From NCBI RefSeq assembly GCF_009914755.1, contig NC_060936.1: a stretch of DNA of 64,000 bases, one strand, 5' to 3'. The stretch's first letter is position 1. Each line of letters begins with the position of its first letter. The notes beneath the pieces are model-generated. The model was not told where the DNA came from. It did not search any database and saw only the letters and a list, made by a program, of their open reading frames with translations. Origin of the DNA: the human T2T-CHM13v2.0 reference genome, Homo sapiens. A program made the position numbers and the translations under genes. Shown piece by piece: positions 1 to 14,420 of this stretch.

Positions 1-370
1 TAGTTTTTTTTAACCCATCCCCACTTCCTCCACCCTCTAGTAATCCACAGTGTTCATTGTTCTTATATTTATGTCTATGTGTACTCAATATTTAGCTCCC
101 ACTTATAAGTCAGAACATGCAGTTTTTGGTTTTCTGTTCCTATGTTAATTTGCTTAGTATTATGGACTCCAGCTGTATCCATGTTGCTGCAAAGGACACG
201 ATTTCATTCTTTTTTAAGGCATATAATATTCCATGGTGTATATGTACTATATTTTCTTTATCCAATCTACTGTTGATGGACACCTGGGACAATTCAATGT
301 CTTTGCTATTGTGGATAGTGTAGAGATAAACATACGAAGGCATGTATCTTTTTGGTAGAATGATTGTTTT
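1..370 (-). mobile_element. L1 (L1MA/L1PB-like) ORF2 C-terminus/3' UTR fragment
   Basis: Minus-strand translation KKNEIVSFAATWIQLESIILSKLT resembles the L1 ORF2p C-terminus; typical L1 3' sequence. Confidence 0.85.
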
Positions 371-449
371 GGGGGGGTATGCATTTATTTATACATCTAT
401 ATACACACATACGTACATGTATACATACATGTCATACATGTATGATAAT

Positions 450-1020
450 TTATTGGCTTTACCTTTCAAAGTACAAAGTAATTGATACCATGTTAACAAG
501 TTAAGTAACATAGTGGTAAACTTACGAAAAGCCCATTATCTCACTCCTCCCACCCCTAATTCCCAAGGAAGCCAACACTGACAGTTCAGTATAGTTGTAT
601 TCTTCCATACTGTCCTCTCATGTTCGTATGTACAAACATTTATAGAGGGTTTTTTATTTTTGTTTTTTAAGGAAAATTGAATCCTGCCATACCCTCTCAC
701 TGCATAACTTTTATCATTTTGGGGGCATATCTTCAGTGTAGTTCTAGTTCAATAGAGATATAGCTCTTTTTAGTAGCCACATAATATACCTTAGTATATA
801 TAGACCATGGGCTATTCCAACCATTTTCCTATTGTCGGATATTTTAGCCTGTTTAATGTTTCCCCACACTGTAGTTAAGCTGAATAAACATCTTTTACTT
901 AAAGGCTTGCAAACTTTATAAGAACTACCTGGGTCAAAGAGCGTAACTATTTTGAATTTTAACAGGAATGCCATATTACTTCTTTATAAGGTTGTAGTAA
1001 TTCATATTTCTAAAAGCAGA
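450..1020 (-). mobile_element. Old L1M(E) fragment
   Basis: Degenerate L1ME-like 3' motifs (cctattgtcggatattttagcctgttt; ctgggtcaaag). Confidence 0.6.
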
Positions 1021-1351
1021 ATGAAGGAACTGTAAAGAACCAACACCTTATTCTTTGCCTAAAATTATAAAAAAACACAGAAAATAATTTTCCCTTAGTG
1101 GACAATATATATAGGCCCCAGAAAATTATTTGCTGAAACCAAATCAACAAAACAGCATTTTATAAGTGGCCTATTGATAACTTCTGATTGCTTTTTAGTG
1201 TGTTACTTAATGGCCTGTTTTAAAAAACTAAAAGGAGTTCTTAAACTCTTCAGTATCATTGTCTTAAGATATTAATATATCATTATTCTATTTACCTTGA
1301 TCATTGCTTTCTTAGAGTTATTTGATTAATGGACTGCTTTAATCTTGACAG

Positions 1352-1418
1352 GAGGTTGAAACCTACTTTTTTGAGGGTCTGCTGAAATGGAGAGAATTAA
1401 ACCTCACAGAACACTTCG
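1352..1418 (+). CDS. UTP20: UTP20 exon 3 (EVETYFFEGLLKWRELNLTEHF-G)
   Basis: gacag| ... |gtattt; 67 nt, phase 0-1. Confidence 0.95.
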
Positions 1419-1530
1419 GTATTTTCTATTTCGTTTCTATTTTATTCACCCATAGTTTGCACTTTATATGTTCCATACAGCTGAATAGTGGTGTGATAGA
1501 AAAGAACATATTTTTTTTTCCCCCACTCAG

Positions 1531-1663
1531 GAAAATTTTACAAAGAAGTTATTGACAAATGCCAATCATTCAATCAGTTGGTGTATCACCAAAACGAGAT
1601 AGTTCAGAGTTTGAAGACTCACCTGCAAGTTAAGAACAGTTTTGCCTATCAACCCCTTTTGGA
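1531..1663 (+). CDS. UTP20: UTP20 exon 4 (KFYKEVID...YQPLL)
   Basis: ctcag| ... |gtaagt; 133 nt, phase 1-2. Confidence 0.95.
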
Positions 1664-2102
1664 GTAAGTAGCATCTTGAGAGAAAGCTCACAACTATATT
1701 TGCCTGAATTTTAAGAAAGATTGTGTTTCAAAGCTACATATACCGCAGATCAGGTGCTCATAATTTAGAAACAAGGAGGATTTTCCTTTTCTGTTAGGAA
1801 TAAGTGCATTACCATAAAGTGGAATCTTGGGGTATAATTTCGCATTTGTTATATACTAAGATAATCTCATTTTTCTTTGACACTATAGGAACAGTTGGCT
1901 ACAACTTATGATGGAATGTAACTTCTTGCCTGATTTCTTTGCTGAGATCTTAAGATTTAAAGAATTTTATAATTTTTCAGACTTGATTTAGAAGTATTTT
2001 TATTTAATTAATCCTATGATCATAGGCCACCTACTATCGTTAAGTAGATTTGTAGCCTTTTAAAAAAATCCACATGATCAGTTGCTTCTTTTTTTAATCC
2101 AG

Positions 2103-2291
2103 TTTGGTTGTACAGTTGGCACGAGATCTGCAGACGGATTTCTACCCACACTTTCCAGAGTTTTTTTTGACTATCACCTCGATCCTGGAGACTCAGGACA
2201 CAGAGTTGTTAGAATGGGCTTTCACCTCGTTATCATATCTTTATAAGTACCTGTGGAGACTGATGGTGAAGGACATGTCCAGTATATACAG
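2103..2291 (+). CDS. UTP20: UTP20 exon 5 (LVVQLARDLQTDFY...SSIY)
   Basis: tccag| ... |gtaacc; 189 nt, phase 2-2; matches ORF 2104..2295. Confidence 0.96.
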
Positions 2292-3329
2292 GTAACCCCT
2301 TTCTCTCTCTAGTATGTTTTTTAATTGCCTGCTTCTTTTTCCCTGGCTTCTTTATGACTCCAAACCACTTTGCCAGCTCAGTGCCTAATTGTTTCCATGT
2401 ACAAAGTTGATTCTCCAGCCAAAGTGGTCCACAATCTAGTCTGCCAGTCTGAGTTGCCATGACCATCTCTCCTCTCCAGCTACTGGAAGTATACCCACCC
2501 AAGAAGGCCTGACTCGGTCCCTACAGCCTCCACAAACAGGCACCTTTGCCAGAAGTATTAATAAAATTTTGTACTCTCTATCCTCTTGGCATTTTTTAAC
2601 CACCTATGTCACACAACTTTTACCAGAATTGTTTGGTTATAATGTATTGCTGTCCTCTCTACACCTGGTATAAGGGAGGTTTAAGACAGGTTAAGAGCCC
2701 TGTTTTAAACACTGACATTTCCCCAGCCACTAATACTTACTAAGGTGAAAGAGACACTCAGTATTTGTGAGTAAATGTGGACAAGGAAAGAGAATGAATT
2801 TTGTAGTAACCTTTTGTTTAAAGTAAGCATAAATTGTCTTATTATCTGTTTAAGTCTGGGGTTTGGTGGGATTTTCCACTTGGTCTTCCGGTTGTTTTCA
2901 TGTTCTATAATTGCCACAGGAGTGTTTAATATCAGTCATCAGCCCCTTACCCCACAGTAAATGGTGTATGCATGGTATGGGACAATAGACTTTGTTTTAT
3001 GCCACCCGTTTCACTCAGCCCACCGTTCTCTTTTAGGAACTTTGAATGAAGAAAGAGAAAGAAATCTTTTTCCAGCTTTTACTAGTTCCCTATGAAGCTT
3101 TTGGTCAAATATGTTAGAAACCAATATTATTTCATTAAACAACCAACAAGGTCTTTGGGGAATAATTGATTTAGTTTTATGACTTCAGCTGTCATAAAAG
3201 CTGCCACTTTTATGTCTCCTAAGTCAGGCTCTTCAGTTCTAAATTTATTTGCTTTCGGTGTGACAACTTCAGTAGCCTGGCTATTTTCACTTGTATTACT
3301 GAAACTGAACTCAACACTTTCCTGTTAAA

Positions 3330-4130
3330 TCAACTCCTCTTATCTGTACATTCATTCAAGTGTTCAGTAAATAGGTATTGAGTGTCTGCCGTATGCCAGG
3401 CCCTGTTTGGTTGCCCATTTTCTGTCATTAATACTAACGTTCTTCCTGTCTCTGAGTTTTGGAATATCAGAGGCATCACTAACCCAGTTGTCTTCAGAGG
3501 TGTCCACATCCTCTTGATTCTGTCATTCATGCATTTGCTCAGTCAATATTTATTGGACACTGTCTGTATGTCAGGCACTTGAGATACAGTCACAGATAAA
3601 ACAGATAAAAAATGCTCTTCTCACAAAGTTTACATTTTAGCAGGGGGAGAATGTCTTGGGCACATGCCCGGGAGAAGTTTTAGGTGGCCGAGCAGCCTGT
3701 ATAAGGGTGAGACTAGCTAAGTGATGTCAGAGAAGCAGTAGTAAGGCGCCAGATCATCCAGGGCCCTGTGGACCGCTGTAAGGTCTTCAGCTTCATTGTG
3801 GGCACTCCTGAAATGTCTACTGGGTTCATCCCTTGCCATTTTGCCTCTCCTTCCAGTCTCTTTCATGCCTGTTAGCCCAAGCTTGTATGACTTGAGCACC
3901 TTTCTGACTGAATTAGCAGACTCTTCTTTCCTCCTTTATTTTATCCTGTATATTGCTGCCAAATTAGTCTTTCTGAAAATGGTCATTTCTCATTCAGCCA
4001 ACATTTATTAGTACCTGCTGTCAGCAAGGAACTATTAGGTACTGGGGTTATGAGAAAATTGGAGAGATATATTCCATACCCTTCTATCATTAGGGAGACC
4101 AAATTTAACAATGTGATTATATATAAGTAA
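3330..4130. mobile_element. L2 fragments
   Basis: cattcattcaa...tattgagt...tatgccaggc L2 3'-end motifs, repeated. Confidence 0.6.
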
Positions 4131-4144
4131 TTATTTAGTTATAG

Positions 4145-4300
4145 ATGCATGGCTGCTTGACCTTGAGCAAGTTGCTTATGCTTTCTGCCTCACTTTCATT
4201 ATCTGTAGAATGGGGGGATTATAATAGTACCCATCCCATAGAGTTATTGTGCTGATTAAATGGCGTAACACAGAGTAAGTGCTTATACAGATGTAAGCTA
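4145..4300 (+). mobile_element. MIR
   Basis: gaccttgagcaagtt...atctgtagaatgggg...agttattgtg MIR core. Confidence 0.7.
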
Positions 4301-4741
4301 GACCTGTCTACCTGACCAACTTTATCCATAGCTGCTCTCCTCTACTGTATCATCTTTCCTCTTTTAGATGGACCAGCCTCCTTGTCATGACCATGATCAT
4401 TTCCACCTGCCTCATCTTTGCTCTTGCTTTTATACCAATAATATGGACTGCAGTCCCCACCTAATTCTTCTTTCATTCAGAGCTCATTACAAATTTCAAC
4501 TTTTCCTGGAGTCTTGTTTGTAAAACCAGTACCACCAGTCCTAGGACTCTTCATGTCTGTGGTCAAGTCTTCCTTTCAACATGTGGGTGTCTCCATAAAT
4601 GAATGAGATTTTAAATTTGTTTGATACCTGCTGTGTATTCCTTGCATACCCAGCACATTGTTGCCCATATTGTTGACATGTAGTATGTATTTATTACAAT
4701 TATATGATTAATGAAATGTATCTTATTTTTTTCATGTATAG

Positions 4742-4823
4742 CATGTACAGCACACTCCTGGCTCATAAAAAACTACATATAAGAAATTTTGCTGCTGAAA
4801 GTTTTACTTTTTTGATGAGAAAG
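4742..4823 (+). CDS. UTP20: UTP20 exon 6 (MYSTLLAH...FLMRK)
   Basis: tatag| ... |gttagt; 82 nt, phase 2-0. Confidence 0.95.
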
Positions 4824-4876
4824 GTTAGTCTGGTATTTTATCTGTTTGTTGCTAATCATCAAGAATCTGATGAATA

Positions 4877-5208
4877 GGCCAGGCGTGGTGGCTCATGCCT
4901 GTAATCCCAACACCTTGGGAGGCCGAGGCAGGTGGATCACCTGAGGTCAGGAATTGGAGACCAGCCTGACCAACATGGCAAAACCCCGTCTCTACTAAAA
5001 ATGCAAAAATTAGCTGGGCGTGGTGGCACGCACCTGTATCCTCAGCTACTTGGGAGGCTGAGACATGAGAATTGCTTGAGCCCAGGAGGTGGAAGTTGCA
5101 GTGAGCTGAGATCACACCACTGCACTCCAGCCTAGGCGACAGAGCAAGACTCCATATCACACACACACACACATACACACACACACTAGTAATAATAATA
5201 ATAATAAT
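4877..5208 (+). mobile_element. AluS with (CA)n/(AAT)n tail
   Basis: Full dimer; TSD aatctgatgaata at 4864-4876 and 5209-5221. Confidence 0.95.
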
Positions 5209-5918
5209 AATCTGATGAATAGAAGTAGATATCTTTTAAAAATGTGGTTATTATGGGCTAATTTTTTCTATGTATCTATATATATACTTAACAGAAATCT
5301 GTTACTATTTTGAATTTATCTCACAGTAAGACTTATTTGTTGCTCACAAATTGATGTGATCTAATTTGGGTCACTATTGTATTGTTATTTAGGTTTGTGA
5401 TAGCTTTCAGTGTGTATATATCAAAAATGCTCTCTAATTCAAGTCAGTAAATACATGAACTGTGACATTAACAAGAACTTTTCTAATAGTTTCCTGGAAG
5501 TAACTGGTAGCATGGTGTCATTTGTGTTTGTATAAAATATTCATAGTAAATTTTAGAGGGTTTTTGTAATAAAACAAAAACATTAATATTAAATTTTTTA
5601 TTTCATAAAATACAAATATTTTACTGTATACAATACAAAATACAAATGTATTTACTTTAAAAGATAGAATGTTGACTTCTGTAGTTTTTTTTGTAGTACA
5701 TATCTTCCTGTAATACCAATGAATTCACTCTTTTGTGTGACATTCCAAGTGAGAACACACTATTAGAGTAGTTTGAAATCATTACAAATGTCTGTTCTTT
5801 TCACAATTTTTTCCTAAGTATATTTAAATAACAATATATAGAATAGCAAATGAGAGTTCTTCATTTGGATATGTTTATGTTTGTGAATATAATTTTCCAT
5901 TTCTACTTTATATTTTAG

Positions 5919-6056
5919 GTCTCTGATAAAAATGCACTTTTCAATTTAATGTTTCTTGATCTTGATAAACATCCAGAAAAAGTTGAAGGTGTTGGACAGT
6001 TGCTCTTTGAAATGTGCAAAGGAGTTAGAAATATGTTTCACTCCTGTACAGGCCAG
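5919..6056 (+). CDS. UTP20: UTP20 exon 7 (VSDKNALF...SCTGQ)
   Basis: tttag| ... |gtacat; 138 nt. Confidence 0.95.
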
Positions 6057-6514
6057 GTACATAATGGGGAGGGGTGCTTAGAGTCTATGTGGATGGATGA
6101 AACAGAAAGTAGAAAAGAATGAGGCAAATGATGTGGAGGGAAGACAGCCTAGAGTACATAGCACTAGATGAGGAGTGTTGGGTGTTCAGTAACAATGCTT
6201 ACCCAATGTAGGCCTTGGACAGTGAGATGTTACTTACAGAGCCATTGATGTCTTCTTTATTTTGGATGCTAGGGGGTAAGATAAATTGATTAATGGGCAA
6301 GGGCAGGTGGGGAGGGAACAGTTGTAATGATAAAATTCCCATCCTAGTTTAGAAGTTCCTTTTGGGACACGTTATTAACCATCAAAGTTGCCATATCCTT
6401 GACTATTCCAGACCTGATTTTTAAGGTAGCTAATGTAATCAGAGTGGTGACTCCCAGAGCAATACTTGAAAATAAGAGTTTATATATTAATGTTAATGAC
6501 TTGTATTCCCACAG

Positions 6515-6670
6515 GCAGTGAAGCTAATTTTGCGAAAGCTAGGACCAGTCACTGAAACAGAAACTCAACTACCATGGATGTTAATTGGAGAAACACTCAA
6601 AAACATGGTCAAATCCACTGTATCCTACATCTCCAAGGAACATTTTGGTACATTTTTTGAATGTTTGCAA
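6515..6670 (+). CDS. UTP20: UTP20 exon 8 (AVKLILRK...FECLQ)
   Basis: cacag| ... |gtgagt; 156 nt. Confidence 0.95.
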
Positions 6671-6859
6671 GTGAGTTCTAATCTTTAAGGATGGGTTTTT
6701 GATAAGGAGTCTAAGAATTTACTGTTTCTGCTCTCAGTTTTGCAAATCACTCCTAGAAGTTATATTTTATAATTGTTTTATTTATACTTCTGTACACATA
6801 TTAAAATTTTCCTTCCCTCTGCCCCCCTGTGCTATTTTTTATTTGATATGTTATCTTGA

Positions 6860-7390
<531 letters not shown>

Positions 7391-7523
7391 AGTCCTGGTA
7401 AATGTATCTTTTTCTTCCAAAGCAAAAGAATGGGAAAAGTTGAACTGTCCCACAGTTTTTATTGTTGGATTAACAGTTGAGTTTGATACTTTATATTCTC
7501 TCTGTTAAATTCTTTGTTTGCAG

Positions 7524-7670
7524 GAATCGCTCTTGGATCTACACACAAAAGTAACAAAAACTAACTGTTGTGAAAGTTCTGAACAGATTAAAAGGTTGTT
7601 GGAAACATACCTTATACTTGTAAAACATGGAAGTGGGACAAAGATACCCACGCCTGCTGATGTCTGTAAG
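7524..7670 (+). CDS. UTP20: UTP20 exon 9 (ESLLDLHT...DVCK)
   Basis: tgcag| ... |gtgagt; 147 nt. Confidence 0.95.
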
Positions 7671-7751
7671 GTGAGTTCCCAACTTAATATGCTCGAGAGT
7701 CTGGTTTTTAAAAGCTGATTGCTGAGTATGCATTGTTTTTTCTTTTTGCAG

Positions 7752-7886
7752 GTGTTATCTCAAACACTGCAAGTAGCCAGTCTCTCTACATCTTGCTGGG
7801 AGACCCTCTTGGATGTAATTTCTGCTTTGATCCTGGGTGAAAATGTTTCCTTGCCGGAGACCCTCATCAAAGAAACCATAGAAAAA
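7752..7886 (+). CDS. UTP20: UTP20 exon 10 (VLSQTLQV...ETIEK)
   Basis: tgcag| ... |gtaatt; 135 nt; preceded by an 81-nt intron. Confidence 0.95.
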
Positions 7887-7929
7887 GTAATTTACTTCAA
7901 CAAATATTAATTGAGCAGTTAATAATATG

Positions 7930-8640
7930 TTTAGCATTGAGTAACCTTCTGAGGAATACAAGTGAAGTGTGACAAAGGCTCTGCCCTCAAGGAATTTATA
8001 ATCTTGTTAAGGAAATGGGAATTGCATGCAGTAATGTAAATAAACAAAATAAAGTGTGATAAAAGCTTAATTTATATAGCAAATAAGCAAAATAAAGTGT
8101 GGCAAAAGCTAAATCTATACATATTCTGCAATATATGTAAGCACATATTGCAGTAAGCAGTAGAGCTTACTGTGTGCTGGGTATGAGCTGGCTATTCCAG
8201 GGTAAACAGTGATGCCTGCAGGTTTTGATAGTTGTTGGAGAAATGGAGCCTGGAACCGAGTAGTTATAGTCTAGCGAATTTGTCTGTTGGAGATATATTG
8301 AATTATAACTATTAATTCTGCCTGGGGTTGAGGAACAGAGAAAGCTTTTCAAAGGACTTGTATTTGGGATAGTCCTTGAAGGTTGAAAAGCAGTCTGCCA
8401 GTCAGAAGCGGGGTTAAAAATACTAAGAGAGGGAACAGAAAAGACGTGTGTTCATAAATGTTTGCAGTCTGAGCGCATGGACACATGATATGACATGATA
8501 TCAGCAAAGCTCTGGCTTGGCTTTGAAAAGTTAGGTTGGGTTTTATCCTGCATTAGTGGAGGACCCTGAAAGAATTCCAAGCAGGGATATGATTTGATGA
8601 GATTTGCATTTTAGTGAATTTGGAAGTAGGATTGGAAATA
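7930..8640. mobile_element. L2 fragments
   Basis: ctgccctcaaggaatttataatct; gatttgcattttag L2 motifs. Confidence 0.55.
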
Positions 8641-8949
8641 GAAAGGTTGGTTAAGTTCTTTCTAGCTTAATGGAGCACAGTAGTACACTTTGAGGGAAGA
8701 TATACAATCATGCTGTTTGCCCTTTCATAATTCACTGTAGCTGGGCAAGAGTTGAGCAGCCTTTAGGCAGAGCCCTGTGTAATCAGCAGAAGCCCCTTGC
8801 ATCTGTGGAAGCACCTTTGGAGAAGGCCGGGCAACTGGACAGAGCACTGAGTGAAGTGTCCCTGCCATTCCCTTCTATAGCTGCTTGCTGGGGGGATGGG
8901 GAAAATACTCTCTGTGTACTTACATTAATATTTTTTACCTTGGTCACAG

Positions 8950-9027
8950 ATATTTGAGAGCAGATTTGAAAAACGTTTAATTTTCAGTTTTTCTGAAGTC
9001 ATGTTTGCCATGAAGCAGTTTGAGCAG
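8950..9027 (+). CDS. UTP20: UTP20 exon 11 (IFESRFEK...KQFEQ)
   Basis: cacag| ... |gtaagc; 78 nt. Confidence 0.95.
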
Positions 9028-9775
9028 GTAAGCAAGTTACTAAGTTCGGAGTATTTTTAAAAACAAATCTGTCAGGAAAAAACGATCAAATTTGAAATCC
9101 TGTTATTTCTGTTTGTTTTTTGAGAGGAACAGGATAAGTGCTTGATGTTTTAGTCAATATGTTTTTTAAAGAAATTATATTCAATTCTAGATTACTTGTT
9201 TTTTTAATAATCCTTTAGGTAGTTACAGAACCGTGTGGTAAAATTGAAAAAACAGTTTAAGAAACTTTTATGTGAATTTGAAGCATAGAAAATAGTTTGT
9301 GAAACAATTTGCACTGGTGGAAGTTTGCAAATTGATTTCATTGCTCCAAAATAAGGTAACTGAGTGAGGGAGAAAATGTTCTTATCTAATCCTGAATTTA
9401 TTTTATTTTTTTCTCTTCCTTCTCATCAAACACTTGGCCCTCCTCCTAACTAGTAACCCTACAGTATACATCATGGAAACATATCTCTGTATCTGTCCTC
9501 TCAATATTCTTCCTTTTAGCCTTTAATACTATATATTCTCATTTGCCTAAAAAGAACACTTTTGTACCTGTCCAAGATCTGTTTCTTTCTGCCCCAGGAA
9601 GACTCTTCATCTTGCTCTGTTTAACAACTGCATTTTTCCTTTCTCCCGTGTTCCCTTTGGTCTTTTTATTTTTTTTTAATCTTATTTTTATCCAAATACT
9701 GCTTACACGTCTGTAGTTTAGGAAGACAAACCAGGTTAAATGGCAGTCATTTGTTTTCTGCTCCCATCTTATTAG

Positions 9776-10072
<297 letters not shown>

Positions 10073-10289
10073 AGCTATTTTTTTCTTATATTTACTTTAT
10101 ACTTTTAAATCATCTGAATATACTGCTTTACCTTGGTTTGCTAGTTTTGGTTCTCATGTGTAGACTTCCTCCTATGGCAGATGGACTTTAGTTCCTTTAT
10201 ACCTCTCATGCTCCCAATAGAATTATATTAGAAATTTTGGTTGAATCCATATTCACCACATACTTATATAAACAAGGAGTATTTTATGA

Positions 10290-10625
<336 letters not shown>

Positions 10626-11261
10626 TCATTTTTCTTAGAGTTTATAATTGCCTCGTTCTTTAAAAACTGGAAATTGTTTTCTTTGAATGGCTGGCCAAAG
10701 AGTCTGTCTTCCAGCAGCTTTATAAATGTCCTTCACATGACAAAACTGTCAGATAATTTAGCAGCTCAATTTTTCTTTTTCTTCTTTCTTGGAGACATTT
10801 CTCCTGGAGCAAGTCCAGTCTAAATGCATTGCTTTCTCTGCCCAGTGCACAAATGTTGTACTGGGACTTCCTTTTGCTTCTCTCTTGTTTCCTGGGTTCC
10901 GTGTTCTCTTCTTCTTATAGTTTAGTCTCTAATTTTGGTGGAATTTATTTTTCATAATTTCCTGGGGGTAGGGAGGGTTCATGGAGATAAAATATTGAGA
11001 TTTAATACATCTGAAAATGTCTTTATTCTCTCCTGACACTGCATTATTAGTAGACAGGGTATAGAATTCTAGATTCTAAGTCATCCTTCCTCAGAGTTTT
11101 AAGACATGGCTGCACAGTCTTTAGTTTCCATTGTTCCTATGTAGAGGTCTAATGCCATTGTGATTCTTGATCCTTTGTTTTTGGTCTAGTTTTTTGAATT
11201 GTTAGCATCTTCTCTTTATTATATCTGTTAATAAGTGTGATTTTTTTTTTCTTAACTTTAG

Positions 11262-11440
11262 CTTTTTCTACCAAGCTTTCTGTCATATATTGTGAATTGC
11301 TTCTTAATTGATGATGCTGTAGTCAAAGATGAAGCTCTGGCCATTCTGGCCAAGCTCATTCTGAACAAAGCAGCACCTCCCACTGCTGGCTCGATGGCAA
11401 TTGAAAAGTACCCTCTGGTTTTCTCACCGCAGATGGTGGG
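11262..11440 (+). CDS. UTP20: UTP20 exon 12 (LFLPSFLS...PQMV)
   Basis: tttag| ... |gtgagt; 179 nt, phase 0-2. Confidence 0.95.
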
Positions 11441-11734
11441 GTGAGTTCTAACTTTTTATTCCTGTAATGATGATAAGTTTACCCATTTAAATGTAATGTA
11501 TCAAGAATACTGTAAAAAAATGATCTATATGTAACAGGAAAGATGTCCATGATAAGTTGTGTGAAAAAAGCAAGTTGTAGAGCTACACACATAGTACGTA
11601 TAGTATGATCTCATTTTGCAAGGTAAAGCAAAAAGTGTATGAACATAGAAAAACATGTGGAAGGATACAGAAACTTGTTAACTTTGTTTAATCAGAAGGA
11701 TGGTAAGGGAAAGACAGAGGTGACTTAATTTTTT

Positions 11735-12069
11735 AACCATTTATTTTAAAGTTATTGTAGATTCACGTGCAGTTGCAAGAAATAGTACAGAGAGGTTTCG
11801 TATACTCTTCACTCAGATTACTCCATTGGTACATCTTGCATGAGCATACTGCGATATCACAACTGTAGAATTGACATTGGTGCAATCCATCAATCTTATC
11901 AGATATCATCAGTTGTATGTGCACTCATCTGAGTGTGTATACTTATATAGATATATAGTCGTATGTAGTTTAATCCTGTGTTGATTTGTAACCACCACCA
12001 GAGTGAATATCTGGAACTGTTCCCTCACCACGAGGATTCCTCATGCTACCTTTTAATAACCACACTCCT
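11735..12069 (-). mobile_element. L1MC 3' fragment
   Basis: tagattcacgtgcagttgcaagaaatagtacagagag L1MC-type 3' end. Confidence 0.75.
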
Positions 12070-12562
<493 letters not shown>

Positions 12563-12860
12563 ATTATATACCTTTGTATTGTTTCAGTTGTTAAGTGTCA
12601 TGGATTACTTTCTTAATTTCATTCAAAATGACACATTGTTTAGAAGTTAAAAACAAAGCTTATTTACATACATGAGAAGATTCATTGTATCATTTCTCAA
12701 ATAGTTAAGTGGGTATGCTTCTAGAAACTGTAGCTTAGGAAACCAGTTCCCTTGTCATTCCTTTGTTTTTATACTTAATCTTCTTATTTCTCTTGGAGTA
12801 GTTAGACCCGTTGTTGTGTTTTTGGTTTGCTTTGAGGCGGAATTGATGGGCATTCCTTGA

Positions 12861-13290
<430 letters not shown>

Positions 13291-13919
13291 TTAGCAAACT
13301 CATCTTAACACCTACTTATATCTTCTGTATACCTTACAAATTGCTTCTCTATTAAAATATGCCAACAGAATCTTGTTGGTTTTTAAATGTATTGAATTCT
13401 GATTCCTGAGGAATGGGTAGTGAGTAACTCCAATAGAATTATTCCTTTGAAACTTTTCCCTTGATTTGTCAACACCCAAGCCCATCTCCAACAGGCAGAT
13501 TCCTTGCACATGCCAAAACTGAGTTCTGTGCAGGGAGAGTGAAGCTGCTTTGTTGTTTGGCTTCCATGAGGTGAAGCTAAGGGACTGACTGAGACTGGGC
13601 GTCAGACCTTCTTACCCCATCATCTCAGCCATCTCAGATCCTCCCAGGAGGGTGACGTGTTAAATAAATAAATTTCGATGTGCTAACTCATGGCAAGTTC
13701 TTCCACTTCTGTGTTTCTTTCTCTGCAAAAACACCCCTCTGCCACCCCCAACGGAGATATGGTATGTGTGAATGGTCACCTTTGTTTTGATTCCTTCTAT
13801 GAAGATTTTAAAATCATAGTTTGAATATTACTAGTAACGCTCTATCTACCCATCTCACCAGTTTGCTGTGAGAAAAAATAAAGATAATAAATGTGAAAAG
13901 ACTCTTTAGGAGATAAACT

Positions 13920-14420
13920 TACTGTCATTTGACAACTACTTACGGTATCAGGCACTGGATACTGGGGTGCAACAAAGAATAAGAAAAAAGTTCCTTCTTT
14001 TGGGGAAAGGAATGTGGTGAGGCGGGTAAGCAAATAAGCGAGATGATTTCAGATCCTGATCGTGATAAAAGAAGACAAAGCAGTGTTGAGAGGGAGACTG
14101 AATGGAGAGGGGTCACTTTCCAGAGAGGGAACGTTTGGTCCAATTTTAAGCTGGGAAGGATCCAGCCTTGCAAAGATCTCAGTGAGAGACTCTCCAGACA
14201 GAAGGAAAAGTTAACTGCAAAGACTCTGGGACAGGAATAAGCTCAGCATGTTTGAAGTACAGAAAGAAAACCTCTGTGGGTAAAGAGCAAGGAGGAGATT
14301 GGGGTGAGAGGAGATGGAGGTGGGTGAGGGTCAAATCACAGAGGGCCTTACAGGATGACTTAAGGAGTATGGACTTCATTGGTGGAGCCATTGGCAGGTC
14401 TAGAAAACGGGAATGACGTG
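13920..14420. mobile_element. L2
   Basis: caggcactggatactgggg...ggagccattggcaggt L2 pattern. Confidence 0.7.

Noticed and set aside
140-343. ORF resembling the L1 ORF2p C-terminus
   Set aside because: Short decayed LINE-1 fragment, not a functional CDS
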